From: a virus
DNA: 64,000 bases
Reading direction: 5' to 3' (one strand)
Virus genome (UHGV): UHGV-0310767
Each line of letters begins with the position of its first letter. Within the stretch, counting starts at the first letter, position 1. A program made the translations under genes and the position numbers. This document shows positions 29,028-39,924 of this stretch, piece by piece. Under the pieces are notes generated by a model that was not told the origin of the DNA, searched no databases, and was given only the letters and a program-made list of their open reading frames with translations.

Positions 29028-32000
29028 AATGTATCATCCTCCGTTTCTTCGTTATTCATAATTTCTTTTTGTGAAGTTTTTAATTCATAACTCTTAAGCA
29101 GAAAATCTTTTAATTGAGTTTGTCGATTTTCATTTCCATCAATAGCAATACAATTTTCTACAGTACTTAAATCTCCTATTTGGGTAGTTTCTTGAGATGC
29201 CCTAGAAATCCCAGTGTAAAGAAGATTATTATTGAAACTTCTTTCATGACATTTTAAGCTAAGAAATATAATATGGGGACACTGAGAGCCTTGATATTTA
29301 TGGATAGTTCCAGCATAACCTAGTACAAGTGAGTTACAATCGTCCCCTTTGAATACTACCATATTTTCATCAAACTGGATGATTAGAACGTTGTTAGCAT
29401 CAATATCCAGGATTTTACCTATATCTCCATTGAACACTCCTACAGTTTCTTGAGCAAGACTTAAATCTACTTCTCCTGTTTCTTCTAAAATTCTTTTGTA
29501 AGTTTCGTAAGTAGGTACAGTGTAATTGTTTTTGGTATTCATTACAATGTCTCCCTTACGAAAAGTAATAGTACAATCTTTTACATCTCTTTCGATTACT
29601 CTTTCATTTTTTCTTGCCGGGTTAATAGCCGATTGAATAAGATTATTAATCCTATAAGTTCCAAATTCTTTTACATTCCATGGAGTAATAACCGCAATAT
29701 CAATTGGTTTAATTCCCCGGTTAATTTTTTCCATGTAAGTATCCAGAATTTGTTCTGTGGTTCCATTACTTTTTATAAATGTGTAATCTTTATTAATTCC
29801 CAATACACATTTAACTCCATCTTCAAAATTAAGTTTTTCGTGTATAGAAAGTTTATTATAAATATCATTGACGATAGCGGATAATCCACCTTCTTTGTAA
29901 CGAAATACTTTAGTAAGAGTGATAACAGGAATGATATTGCTTTCTATAAAATCTCTCATGACACAACCTAAAGCAATGGAAGGAAGCTGATGAATGTCTC
30001 CACTAAATACAAATCTTACATCTGGATTAGAACAAGCTTTAACTAACATCATCATATGTTCTAATCCATACATAGACCATTCATCACATATAATCACATC
30101 TGAATCTATACCACCATCAGCTTGTGCCTGGGAACATCCTTTATGAACAGTAGAAGCTTTTCTATGAGTTTGTTCCGCTAATCTTTTAGCGGCCCTTCCC
30201 GTAGGTGCAAATAGAGAATAGGTTTTTCCATTATCTTCTAGCATATTTATTAATGCCATCATAGAAGATGTTTTACCACAATTCCCAGTAATGAAAATAT
30301 TATTCTTTCTACGTAATACTAACATTCCTGTCTCCACTTCAAAACAATATTTAAAGCCGTCTATAGATTTAACTTTAATTATTTCTGTTTGTTTTTTATG
30401 AGTAGGACGTGAATCTTTAGTGATAGTTAATAAATTTCTGGTGGTAATTGCTAATTCATATTCTGTACTTTTAGTAACATATTCTTTGTTGTTAATCTTT
30501 CTAATTCTTCCTATTCTATTTTTTTCTTTTAAAGATGCTTTATAGTCACAAGCACTAAAAGCAAATTGTATAAAGTTAGCTGTAGAAAGAACAGTTGTGG
30601 AAAAAGTTTTTCTATTTCCAATAATACTTCCATCCCATTGTAAAATATTGTCACACACAATTTGTAACTGTTTTTGTGTACAATTATACCAATAAGATAA
30701 AAATTCTTTTTCTTTACGTGGTGCATAAATATAAAAATCTGTATAACCTTCTGCGGCAGATTCTTTTTCTCTCCATTGTAAATTAGATTCTTTAAAAAGA
30801 TTACGAAGGTCATCTTTTTTTCTTTGTTTCTTTATATGAAATCTACATAATGTAGTATTACTATGCGTAAATGTTCCATCACATATAACAGCACACATTA
30901 TTTTAATTTCATTGTCTGTTAAATCAATACCCTTTCCATCGTATCTAAAGCTGATAATAAATTTTCCTCTAAATCCTCTTTCATTAGTTTCGTGTTTATT
31001 TTTTAAATCTAACATAGTAGTAAATTTTAATTGCTGTTTTCCTCTATCGCTGTAAATATAAGGTATAACATGTTCTTCGCTTAAAGTTTGATTAAGTCCA
31101 TACTTAGTTTCAAAATGATACATTTCATTACATGGCAATTTGATATAGCGCAAAGGCTTTACCAACTCTGCGGTTCCATCAACATTATACTGTAATACTT
31201 TTTCTTCTGGGATATATTGAGCAATAGATTTCCATTCTTTTCCATTAAAATATTCTGTTTCAGAATCTACGCAACCTGCCCCGGCATTAAGTACAGCAAC
31301 TCTATTTTCGCATACTACATGAAGTAATTCACTCTGTTCATCTGTTAATGTGCCGTCTTTTATTTTTGTATATTTTTTCCATTCAAAATTCCAAGCTGGC
31401 CCAGGAGTACATAAGATATCAATAAAAAAATCTGCAATGGTAGATTCTGCTATATAAGTATCTGCTTTAGCAATACGCTTAGTAGCATCATCATACCAAA
31501 TCTTTTGACTTTCAACACATGTTTTTTTAATATGAGGAATACAATCTTTATCTATTTCAGCGCAGAAGCCAGCCATTGTATTTGCATCCATATATGTGTT
31601 ATCATCTTCTTCGTTAAGATTTAATATATGAAGTGCAATATGTTCAATACGATTGGCAGATTCTTTTAACTCTGGTCGTATTTTCATAAGTAATTTATCT
31701 GTTCTTAAAAAGTCTCTATGCAGTACATCTATAAGAACAGAATAAGGTTCTTTGTTAATAGCTTCTTCTACAGCTTCAACAGAACCATATACGTTATCCA
31801 ATTCCTGGCATTCCCCAATAGTTAAATCATAATTCTTATGATGGATTAAAATATAATAATACTTAAATCTGGTATTAATTTCTCTGATGTAACAATTCAA
31901 TCTGTATTCTTTGATGTTTTTTAATTTCTTAACATCTATTTCCTCTGTTTTACCATTTATTACCATGGCAATAAAATTGGGATATACAGTTAATAAAGTA

Positions 32001-32338
32001 TTGGCCTGAGTTTCCGTAGTGAATTTAGTAAGAATCTCCATAGACTGTTCTATAGTTAATTCTTCCAAATCCTTAACTATCTCATAATCCTTTACTTTTT
32101 CTACCATGTACTGTAATCCATACCTGGGATGATTGACTTGTTTTAAATCCAGTGTATAGGATTCCCCATTTTTAAGAAAAGATAAATCTCCTGAGATAGT
32201 AAAATTGCCATATTTGTTAAGGCTTATTTTACTTTCATCTTTTGGATTGTCTAACAAACAGGCGAAAGTCCTATAATTATTAGAAGAATATATTTCCCTA
32301 ATGATAGTACATTTGATTCCCTCAATAAATCTTTCCAT
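29012..32338 (-). CDS. RecD/Dda-like SF1 DNA helicase interrupted by an intein in the Walker A motif (extein about 777 aa).
   Basis: After intein removal the P-loop reads VLNAGAG|CGKTSS. Motif Ia is FAPTGRAAKRL. The C-terminal SF1 motifs include YAGTIHKYQGSQ. Confidence 0.8.
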   Translation of the reverse strand: MERFIEGIKCTIIREIYSSNNYRTFACLLDNPKDESKISLNKYGNFTISGDLSFLKNGESYTLDLKQVNHPRYGLQYMVEKVKDYEIVKDLEELTIEQSMEILTKFTTETQANTLLTVYPNFIAMVINGKTEEIDVKKLKNIKEYRLNCYIREINTRFKYYYILIHHKNYDLTIGECQELDNVYGSVEAVEEAINKEPYSVLIDVLHRDFLRTDKLLMKIRPELKESANRIEHIALHILNLNEEDDNTYMDANTMAGFCAEIDKDCIPHIKKTCVESQKIWYDDATKRIAKADTYIAESTIADFFIDILCTPGPAWNFEWKKYTKIKDGTLTDEQSELLHVVCENRVAVLNAGAGCVDSETEYFNGKEWKSIAQYIPEEKVLQYNVDGTAELVKPLRYIKLPCNEMYHFETKYGLNQTLSEEHVIPYIYSDRGKQQLKFTTMLDLKNKHETNERGFRGKFIISFRYDGKGIDLTDNEIKIMCAVICDGTFTHSNTTLCRFHIKKQRKKDDLRNLFKESNLQWREKESAAEGYTDFYIYAPRKEKEFLSYWYNCTQKQLQIVCDNILQWDGSIIGNRKTFSTTVLSTANFIQFAFSACDYKASLKEKNRIGRIRKINNKEYVTKSTEYELAITTRNLLTITKDSRPTHKKQTEIIKVKSIDGFKYCFEVETGMLVLRRKNNIFITGNCGKTSSMMALINMLEDNGKTYSLFAPTGRAAKRLAEQTHRKASTVHKGCSQAQADGGIDSDVIICDEWSMYGLEHMMMLVKACSNPDVRFVFSGDIHQLPSIALGCVMRDFIESNIIPVITLTKVFRYKEGGLSAIVNDIYNKLSIHEKLNFEDGVKCVLGINKDYTFIKSNGTTEQILDTYMEKINRGIKPIDIAVITPWNVKEFGTYRINNLIQSAINPARKNERVIERDVKDCTITFRKGDIVMNTKNNYTVPTYETYKRILEETGEVDLSLAQETVGVFNGDIGKILDIDANNVLIIQFDENMVVFKGDDCNSLVLGYAGTIHKYQGSQCPHIIFLSLKCHERSFNNNLLYTGISRASQETTQIGDLSTVENCIAIDGNENRQTQLKDFLLKSYELKTSQKEIMNNEETEDDTFWTAV
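30281..31273 (-). mobile_element. Intein (331 aa) inserted in the helicase P-loop, probably with a degenerate LAGLIDADG homing-endonuclease core.
   Basis: Starts CVDSETEY (Cys1) and ends ...IFITGN followed by Cys+1. Block-B-like TLSEEHVIPY. The flanking extein halves reconstitute GAGCGKT. Confidence 0.75.
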
Positions 32339-32982
32339 TATTCTCCTTCTTTCTTTTTGTTTCGTAGTTTCTGAGTTAAATATTTACATTCATATCCATT
32401 ATTTTTCATATGTTTTTTAAGTCTGGGAATAATCTGCCTTGCATAAATTCTGTTTACATCTACAGAAGTTAGTTTTTCTTGTGTTATTTTTTCAGCTATT
32501 TCAAGATTATTTAATCCTTCTATAACTCTTAAGTAAAATATTTCTTTTTGTATAGAATTTAAAGTGGGAATAAATGTTTTTAATATCTGCATCAAATCTG
32601 TATAACCATCTAATTCCTCCATATTATCATAATTACCCAAGGTATCAGCAATGGTTAAACTTTCTAAATCTGGTGATGCATAAGCTGGTTGTTCTAAACT
32701 TAAAACAGATTTATCAAAGTTTCTTTGATGCACCCTACGAATAGTTCTAATATATTCGCTATGCATAAGAAGATACGCAATTGTACTTAATTTTCCTTTT
32801 TCTGGATTATATGTTTTAACTGCTTTACATAATCCTATACATGCTGGGCCATGACCTTCCTCAAAGGGTATTCTATGACTTTGTAAATAACTGATTACAA
32901 GGCCGTAATTATCGTATACAACCTTCTTTTGTTCGGAACTGAGTATAACATCACTTGTAGAAATATAATCTGTTGTTTCCAT
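32338..32982 (-). CDS. Sigma-70-family RNA polymerase sigma factor (214 aa).
   Basis: Region 2-like GLCKAVKTYNPEKGKLSTIAYLLMHSEYIR. Region 4 HTH EIFYLRVIEGLNNLEIAEKITQEKLTSVDVNRIYARQ. Confidence 0.7.
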   Translation of the reverse strand: METTDYISTSDVILSSEQKKVVYDNYGLVISYLQSHRIPFEEGHGPACIGLCKAVKTYNPEKGKLSTIAYLLMHSEYIRTIRRVHQRNFDKSVLSLEQPAYASPDLESLTIADTLGNYDNMEELDGYTDLMQILKTFIPTLNSIQKEIFYLRVIEGLNNLEIAEKITQEKLTSVDVNRIYARQIIPRLKKHMKNNGYECKYLTQKLRNKKKEGE

Positions 32983-33015
32983 TTTGTACTCCTTTCATTC
33001 ATACTATCTAATAAA

Positions 33016-33044
33016 ATAATAACATATTTATATATAAAAGTCAA
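33016..33044 (-). promoter_or_regulatory. Candidate sigma-A-type promoter for the sigma factor gene.
   Basis: Minus strand: TTGACT, 17 nt, TATTAT, about 30 nt upstream of the ATG at 32982. Confidence 0.3.
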
Positions 33045-33060
33045 TAGATTTTTCAAATAA

Positions 33061-33097
33061 AAACAGCTTCCTAGTTAAGTTTAAGAAGCTGTTTTTA
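33061..33097 (-). terminator. Hairpin terminator between 33118..33303 and the sigma factor gene.
   Basis: aaaacagcttc ... gaagctgttttt inverted repeat with flanking A/T runs. Confidence 0.55.
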
Positions 33098-33117
33098 TTA
33101 TTTACATATTAGGTAAT

Positions 33118-33303
33118 TTATACCTTCTTTCTCCATGCTTTTTTATTTGTGTCACTGTATCTTTTACATTGTTTATGTTTGTTAGCTTCGATAGTTTCAA
33201 AATTTACAATACATATATCTTTTCCTGTTCTTTTATCATAAATACATTTATCGCAATTGACACAACTTTCTGATGGAAATAAAATAACTTTGTTTCTACC
33301 CAT
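33118..33303 (-). CDS. Small Cys-rich protein (61 aa; CVNCDKC...C...C)
   Basis: ORF with four or more Cys, abutting the dnaE exon 3 stop. Confidence 0.3.
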   Translation of the reverse strand: MGRNKVILFPSESCVNCDKCIYDKRTGKDICIVNFETIEANKHKQCKRYSDTNKKAWRKKV

Positions 33304-34797
33304 TTATTCTTCCTCTCTATCTGCCCTTTCAAATTGTAATGATAAACTTAAATCAGGATTTACATTACGAATTTTTATTACACTATGCGTAAAGACAGAA
33401 TTTTTATATTTCTTTGCTATAAATTCTTCTTCATCATCTTCACTTTTACGATATCCTGATATCATAAGTAGTGTACCTTTTTTAAACCAATTAGTATCTT
33501 CGTCAAATTCTTCTGTTTCACTAATACTTTTTTTATAGTAAGCATACTGTCCTTCATTAAATTTAACCATAACTACATCATTATCTGGTGTAAGAAGATT
33601 AATAAAATGTTTACTGTCGTTACGACTTAATACCACACCACATATTCTTGAAAGGTCGTATTGTCTCCATTTTCTTTTCCCATTCTTACTACTTTTTTCT
33701 ACAAAAATAGGAGATGTGGGTAAATCTTGATAATGACTAATATTATATTCTTCAAAATCAATACCTGTAAGTTCGTGCTTATCTGGATAAAAAGAAATGG
33801 TTTCCATACTCCATTTAGGAATATTTTCATACTTTACCAGATTCATATATTCTTGTTGCCAATATTTCTTATTGTATTCTTCTACTAAAGATGGATTATT
33901 AATATAGCTTATTAATTCATCTAATTCTGGTTTTAGAACTTTATCCAAAGATTTATCAATAACAATAAGCATATCATTCTCGTAATAAAAATCTTTTCCT
34001 TCTGTAAGGTCATTAATATAATGTTCCTCAAAGAATGGTCTAGCAAATTTATCCTCAAGTATATAATCTTTTTTAGTCTTAAATTTCTCATTCTTACGAT
34101 AAAAGAAATTAGGACTTTCTACATATTTTCTAAAGTTATATACTTTAACAAGGTGTTTAGGAAGCGTACAACCCAATTCTAAGCATTTAGAAAGATTAGC
34201 CATAGTAAGAGTTGTCTTAGCTGGATTCTCCCAGCATATAAGCCATTTAAGCATTAATATCTTATCATCACATAATGAATCGAAACAACCAGCTTTAATT
34301 AAAGTGGCAAATATACTTTTTGTAACTAAACTTTTTCTATAAATCATATTTCCTTTTTCGTCCAATTCTCCCGTGGGAACTAATAAATTCTTCTGATAAT
34401 CATAAAATTCTTTGAACGAATTATAAGGTCTGCCGCTCATAATATCTTTGGCAACATCCCTATTCATTTTAGTAATTCCACCTAATCCAAAAAGAATTAA
34501 ACTTTCGTCTACTAAAGGAGTAAAGGATAAGTCTGATTTATTTATATCTGGCGGCAATGTATTTATACGATAATCTTTCATACGATAAATAGCTTTTGCC
34601 ATTTTTTCATAATTAGTTCCAGTATTCTTTTTCTTTCTTTCTAAATCTTCATATTCATCTTCATTTTCTTCTGTTGATGAAGATTCTACAGTTAAACAGG
34701 CACAAGCCCAAAATACAGGAGGAAAGAAGTAATTTACATTGAGTTCTTGTAAACCAATTACTGAGTAAGCGTACGAATGTAATTGGGAAAAGGAATT
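33304..34797 (-). CDS. dnaE: DNA polymerase III alpha subunit (DnaE-type) exon 3 (C-terminal part: HhH and OB region). The 5' boundary is approximate.
   Basis: The frame is open from 34797. Encodes ...HSYAYSVIGLQ...FWACACLTVESSS...TLPPDINKSDLSFTPLVDESLILFGLGGI, matching the DnaE FNKSHSAAYALVSYQ ... ILPPDIN ... FGLGAIKGVG region. Confidence 0.7.
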   Translation of the reverse strand, partial: NSFSQLHSYAYSVIGLQELNVNYFFPPVFWACACLTVESSSTEENEDEYEDLERKKKNTGTNYEKMAKAIYRMKDYRINTLPPDINKSDLSFTPLVDESLILFGLGGITKMNRDVAKDIMSGRPYNSFKEFYDYQKNLLVPTGELDEKGNMIYRKSLVTKSIFATLIKAGCFDSLCDDKILMLKWLICWENPAKTTLTMANLSKCLELGCTLPKHLVKVYNFRKYVESPNFFYRKNEKFKTKKDYILEDKFARPFFEEHYINDLTEGKDFYYENDMLIVIDKSLDKVLKPELDELISYINNPSLVEEYNKKYWQQEYMNLVKYENIPKWSMETISFYPDKHELTGIDFEEYNISHYQDLPTSPIFVEKSSKNGKRKWRQYDLSRICGVVLSRNDSKHFINLLTPDNDVVMVKFNEGQYAYYKKSISETEEFDEDTNWFKKGTLLMISGYRKSEDDEEEFIAKKYKNSVFTHSVIKIRNVNPDLSLSLQFERADREEE

Positions 34798-36188
34798 TCA
34801 ATAGTTTTAATTGCATTTCTACAACATATGTATTCCATAAACATATGAAATCATATGAACTATTGAGGACTATATCTTTGTAAAAATTAAAAAATGAATG
34901 AATGATATTATAAAAAATAACAAAGACGACAATTTTTTTAGTTTCTATTTAATTTCCTTTTATTAGGATTATTCCTAACTAATGTAGATTTAGTAATCCC
35001 CGTCATTTCAGCCACTTCATCATAGGTATGAGTTTTTAATAATTCTAATGCTTTACTCATATCTTCTTCTGAATAAGCTTTATAACTTTTACCTCTTTCG
35101 ATATTCCACATTCTACCTTCATTATCAGGAACTTCATTATTAAAACAAAACCATAATTGTTCCCTAGTTATAGGTAATGTAGCAATAGAAGTATAAGTGT
35201 TTACTTCATTATTCTTAATAGAAGTATATTTTTTAGGCTTATTATCATTGACAGCTTTTATTCTTTCTACATCTATTTGACTAGGAATTTTTGCATATCT
35301 CTCAATTAAAATATTATAATCTCTATAATAATGATTTTTATAAGATAAACGATACATTCTCATAGTATCTTTATTTTCATCATTATAAGAATTATAAACT
35401 TTAATCAACTCTCCATTTTCGTCATATTCTACACATTTTCTACTATTAGATTCTGTAGCTTTAAGTTGATTAATTCTACAAGATTCTTTACGTTTTTCAC
35501 TATCTTTGTTAATCAAACCAGTAGCAGAAGCATGAATCATATTAAGTTTTCTGTCTACCCATTCTAAATTAGTAGCTTTATTATTAGTTTTATCTCCATC
35601 AATATGATTTACTTCTTTATATTGTTCTGGTTTAGGATTTTCACAAAAAGCAAATGCTACTAATCTATGAACCATATAGTTATGTCCTTTTAAATTAATT
35701 CCCATATATCCAGTATTATTATTTTTGCAAGATTTTATATTCTTTTTGTTATGTTTTATATTGCCTAAATTACTTATATAATAATCTTTACTTCCCTCAA
35801 TCTCTTTCCAAATTTCCATTCTTTCTGAATTTTTCATATTTTCCTCCTTTCTTCATTATTTTTTAAAACAATCATTCATTCATCATCATTCATTTTTTAA
35901 TATTACAGATTTGCACTTCCATTAACGTATCAATAGTTAATGTACTTCCTGTCGGAATAGTCTCTACATCTTCTTTAATATTACTATTAAAGCTTGACAC
36001 GGTATTATCAGCTATCTATATATCTTAATATAGACCTTAGAATTTCTTAGTCAGCGGCTTCGTCCTTTTTATTATGCTGTAATCTAGTTGTAACTCTTGT
36101 ACAGCGGTCTTATTCAACTGATACCGTTAGCATTGCACTTCTATGCAACACACCCCTGATAGGGTTCACAAATCATGACCATTATTAC
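34798..36188 (-). mobile_element. Group-I-intron-like intervening sequence 2 in dnaE, carrying an HNH endonuclease ORF. Boundaries are approximate.
   Basis: About 1.39 kb between the dnaE coding segments. The homologous DnaE sequence stops at ...FGY and resumes at ...SQLHSYAYS. Contains ORF 34938..35837 plus about 350 nt of non-coding structured sequence. Confidence 0.6.
34938..35837 (-). CDS. Intron-encoded HNH homing endonuclease (NUMOD4/HNH_3-like; 299 aa).
   Basis: N-terminus WKEI...YYISNLGNI (NUMOD4-like) then HRLVAFAF...VNHIDGDKTNNKATNLEWV (HNH_3). Confidence 0.7.
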   Translation of the reverse strand: MKNSERMEIWKEIEGSKDYYISNLGNIKHNKKNIKSCKNNNTGYMGINLKGHNYMVHRLVAFAFCENPKPEQYKEVNHIDGDKTNNKATNLEWVDRKLNMIHASATGLINKDSEKRKESCRINQLKATESNSRKCVEYDENGELIKVYNSYNDENKDTMRMYRLSYKNHYYRDYNILIERYAKIPSQIDVERIKAVNDNKPKKYTSIKNNEVNTYTSIATLPITREQLWFCFNNEVPDNEGRMWNIERGKSYKAYSEEDMSKALELLKTHTYDEVAEMTGITKSTLVRNNPNKRKLNRN

Positions 36189-37313
36189 ATAGCCAAAACT
36201 CATACCAAATAATTCATACCATATATAATTGGCAAATAATTCTCTACACCCTTGTTTAATACAATGCTCAAAGAACATGATTCTTGTGGCTTCTAACACT
36301 TCATCGTCTTTTTTTGCTATAGCTTTTCTTAATTTATTGGCCTGTTTAAGACTAAATCCTGCAACTCTTTTATCCATGGAAATAAGCATAACTTTTTCCT
36401 GGGATTCTGGAAGCATACGAGAATCAGAACAATATTGTCTTATAACGTCCATTTCATCTTCTGTTAATCCATATTCATGACAATCTTTTTCCCATTCTTT
36501 TACATCGGCATATCTAGCATATCTCTGTAATGGAGTCTCAGTAGTTTCACCACTACCCATCAATCGTAATATGGAATTAGTTGCAGATAACTCCATTAAA
36601 TTTTTGGGCTGTACTACATTAATAGCATTTACTGACACAGGAGTATCGAACTGAAATAAAGAATAAATATCTTTAATGATTCCCCACATAGAAGGATTGT
36701 CATAATTTATAACATCTGGATGTAAGTACTTATCATATGTTGCTTTTAAATTACCTTGCCATTCTAAATATTTATGCTCAACCAATAAATCCATAGTAGT
36801 TCTTAATTTATCGCTGGCTTTTACTGTAAGCATATCTACTTTAACAATACCGCAATCTTCACAATCCTGCAAATCATAACAAGTACATAAATCTCCATTA
36901 GGGGCTTTCATACAAGAAATATAGTTAGTATAAGGCTCATTTGAGATAATTAATCCTGCGGCATGAAGTCCTCTACCAACGACAATTCCTTCTAAAGCTA
37001 ATGCACACTCTTTAAGATTAGGATACTTGTTAATTTCCTTTATAAATTCTTTTGCTGGTTTTCTATTTTTTTTAGTATTTCCTTCTAAACAATCCTTAAG
37101 ACTCCAAATCATTCCTCTTTCTACTGGAATTAAAGATTTAAGATATCCTGCGGCATCATCAGAAATTCCTAAACCTTTACAGGATTTTTCTATAGCTGTT
37201 TTGGAAGTCATTTCAGAAAATGTAGCCACTTTTAAAACCTTATCAAATCCCCAGAATTTTGCAATGTTGTGTGCAATAATTTGCTTTTTTGTATTCTGTG
37301 AATCTAAATCAAT
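36189..37313 (-). CDS. dnaE: DNA polymerase III alpha exon 2 (polymerase core middle part). Boundaries are approximate.
   Basis: Begins IDLDSQNTKKQIIAHNIAKFWGFDKVLKVATF (DnaE PD|IDIDF...VAQIATFG) and contains GRGLHAAGLIIS (DnaE GRHAAGVVI). Confidence 0.7.
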
Positions 37314-38163
37314 CCTTTATACCCCTGGTTTCCCAGTACTTTAACACATTTTATTTCAAATGTGGGAGTAGACTATATCTTCATCTTGTTTTATCAACAA
37401 GAGGATGGCACAGGATAAAAGGAATTTCACCTTTTACCACTTAGTCGTTTGAGTTTCAGCGCAATGTAATAAGTTTGAAATTTCTACTATAACCCCTTCT
37501 CATTAACATAGAATGTGAAACATCTAAATTATGAGAATCAATATATTTCTTTACCTCAGTGTTACCTTTTAATTTTGGACTTTTGTTACCATTAGGATAA
37601 ACTATTATATAATATAAATAATTTCTTACTGCATTTATTCCTGATGTTTCATAACTTTTATTTATATTTTCTTTTTGAGTTACCCATTCTAAATTGGTGT
37701 AATGATTATTAAGTGTATTTGCATCTTTGTGATTTACTACAGCACCTTCAAACCATCCAGGAACAAATGCCATAGCTACCAATTGATGAACCCCTTTTCT
37801 ATACACTTTATTATCCTTACTTAAGTCCACATATTTGTAACCGCCTTTATTAACAAATCCATTTAATATTTTGGGATTTTTATATTTATGGCTAATTACT
37901 TTTCCATCTTCTGTAACACTGTATTTTTCAAACTTATCAATTATTTTTTCTATTCTTTTTTTAATTTCCTTTCTACATATTCTTATTACTTGCGCCGCTT
38001 ACCACAGGATTACCATGCTTTTTTTAAAGTTTAGGCTTCCCCTGTTAGCACAATTCCTAATCATCATTTCCTATGATTCCTAAACGTGAATTGTACACCC
38101 TAGATTTCTAGGTTCACCATCTTATTTTCTATATGTCACCATATAGCCAGACTATTGAAGTTA
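37314..38163 (-). mobile_element. Group-I-intron-like intervening sequence 1 in dnaE, carrying an HNH endonuclease ORF. Boundaries are approximate.
   Basis: Exon 1 ends ...GIEIPD (last nt U) followed immediately by a stop. Exon 2 resumes IDLD after ...taaag|g. Contains ORF 37456..37830. Confidence 0.6.
37456..37830 (-). CDS. Intron-encoded HNH homing endonuclease (HNH_3; 124 aa).
   Basis: HQLVAMAF...VNHKDANTLNNHYTNLEWVTQKEN. Confidence 0.7.
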   Translation of the reverse strand: MDLSKDNKVYRKGVHQLVAMAFVPGWFEGAVVNHKDANTLNNHYTNLEWVTQKENINKSYETSGINAVRNYLYYIIVYPNGNKSPKLKGNTEVKKYIDSHNLDVSHSMLMRRGYSRNFKLITLR

Positions 38164-39585
38164 ATCTGGAATCTCAATACCTCTTTCTGTACTTAAATGT
38201 CTCCAATATGGAGCATAGTCACCCAAAGGTACAGGGTCAATTTGTGTAATTTCTAATAAATAACATGTTAAATATCCAAAAGCTGAACCTCTGGACGGCA
38301 TACAAAAACTATTTGATTCCCAAATTATTTCTACAATTCTACTTACACTAGTATAATAAGCCGCCATATGAGATTTGAATATTTCACTTAATCCTTTTAA
38401 TTCTTTAGCTTCTTTATTGATTCTATCAATATATGTTTCTAAATTCTTTTGTGGCTTACTTTCAATAAGTTTTTCTAACCCTTTTTCTACACGATAGAAA
38501 AAATACTGGTCTTGAATATTATCAGAATAAGCATAATATTTAAAATACTCATATTTATTATAATATTTTTTATATCTATGAGTAATTTTAAATTCTGGTA
38601 TTTTGTCCAATGGAATCTCTGGTATCATAGGCATATGTTTTAAATCATATGTTCTTACTCTATCTGCAATTTCATTACTATTTTTAAATATTGTATCTAT
38701 TTCTTCATCTGTAAATGTAATTCTTAAATGTTCCCTTAATTCCTGGGGAGACATAAGATAAGTAGTTGCATAGAAAGAATCTACTTCTCTGTCTCCATCT
38801 TTAGAATTAAGTAAAGTTTTATGATATAATGCTGATTCTTTGTTAAGATAATGAGTATCAGTTGTGGCTATAATTTTAAAACCATATTGTACTGAAAGTT
38901 CTTTCATGGCTTCATTCACTATAAGCTGGTCAACATTATCCTCTTTACACGGCTGAATCTCCAAGTAAAAATTGTTAGAGCCGAAAACTTTATTACACCA
39001 GGATAAAAAATCGCTTATGCGTTTTAAAACGCCTATACTCTTTTGTACCTCTTTATAACCCGGTTCTGGTTTCTTCCACTGCAAGATAAGTTTGTCAAGA
39101 TAGGAACCAAGACATGCAGAAGATGCAATTAAATGTCCTTTATTATTTCCGATAATTTCTTCTATATCAGAATAATAAGTTGGTCTACGCATAAGTCTAC
39201 GGGATGTATAAGCACGTTGCCATGCTTTACTACTTATTTCTCTTAATTGCTTATGACCTTCTGTATCTAAAGCAGTTAAAATAAAATGGTAATAGGGAGT
39301 ATAATCGGTTCCTTCTCTATTACTCATATCTTCTGCTTCACTCATAAGATATATTTCATTTCCTAATGCTAATTTAAAAGGTCTATCTTTCTCCATCTTT
39401 TCATAATATTTCAATGCTTGCATATGAGAAGATATACCTTCATGTTCTGTAATAGCTATTCCAGATAGCCCCAAATCATAAGCATACTGAATTAACTCAT
39501 TAACTCTAGTAATAGCATCAGGAAAACCTAATAACGCACTACTATAACATGAATGATTATGATTATCAAAATAAATATCTGTCAT
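38164..39585 (-). CDS. dnaE: DNA polymerase III alpha exon 1 (PHP domain plus the start of the polymerase core).
   Basis: N-terminus IYFDNHNHSCYSSALLGFPD (PHP HxH). Ends ...RHLSTERGIEIPD. Confidence 0.75.
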
Positions 39586-39921
39586 TTAGTTCTCCTTTTT
39601 AGGTTGCCACATGATTATATATTTTGTAGGATTATCTATTAAAATTTTATATCCTTCATAATCAAAAGATTCTATTTCTCTTTGTGTTTTAAATACTCCA
39701 TATCCTAAACTCTGTAATTTAATTATTTCATCTAATGTTAAAAGAAAACCTATTTTAACTTTGAAAAAATAAGAAAAAGTATCTTCATCTACAACTAATT
39801 CTGCTTTAGTATTTATAATGTTTACAATATTTTCCCAACGTTTATCAAATAAATTTTTTGCAAGTTTATCTGATGATACAAGAGAATCGGCAGTATAGCC
39901 TTTATAATTTTTTGAGTTCAT
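39586..39921 (-). CDS. Hypothetical protein (111 aa)
   Basis: ORF tightly packed between dnaE and the HNH gene. Confidence 0.35.
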   Translation of the reverse strand: MNSKNYKGYTADSLVSSDKLAKNLFDKRWENIVNIINTKAELVVDEDTFSYFFKVKIGFLLTLDEIIKLQSLGYGVFKTQREIESFDYEGYKILIDNPTKYIIMWQPKKEN

Positions 39922-39924
39922 TTT

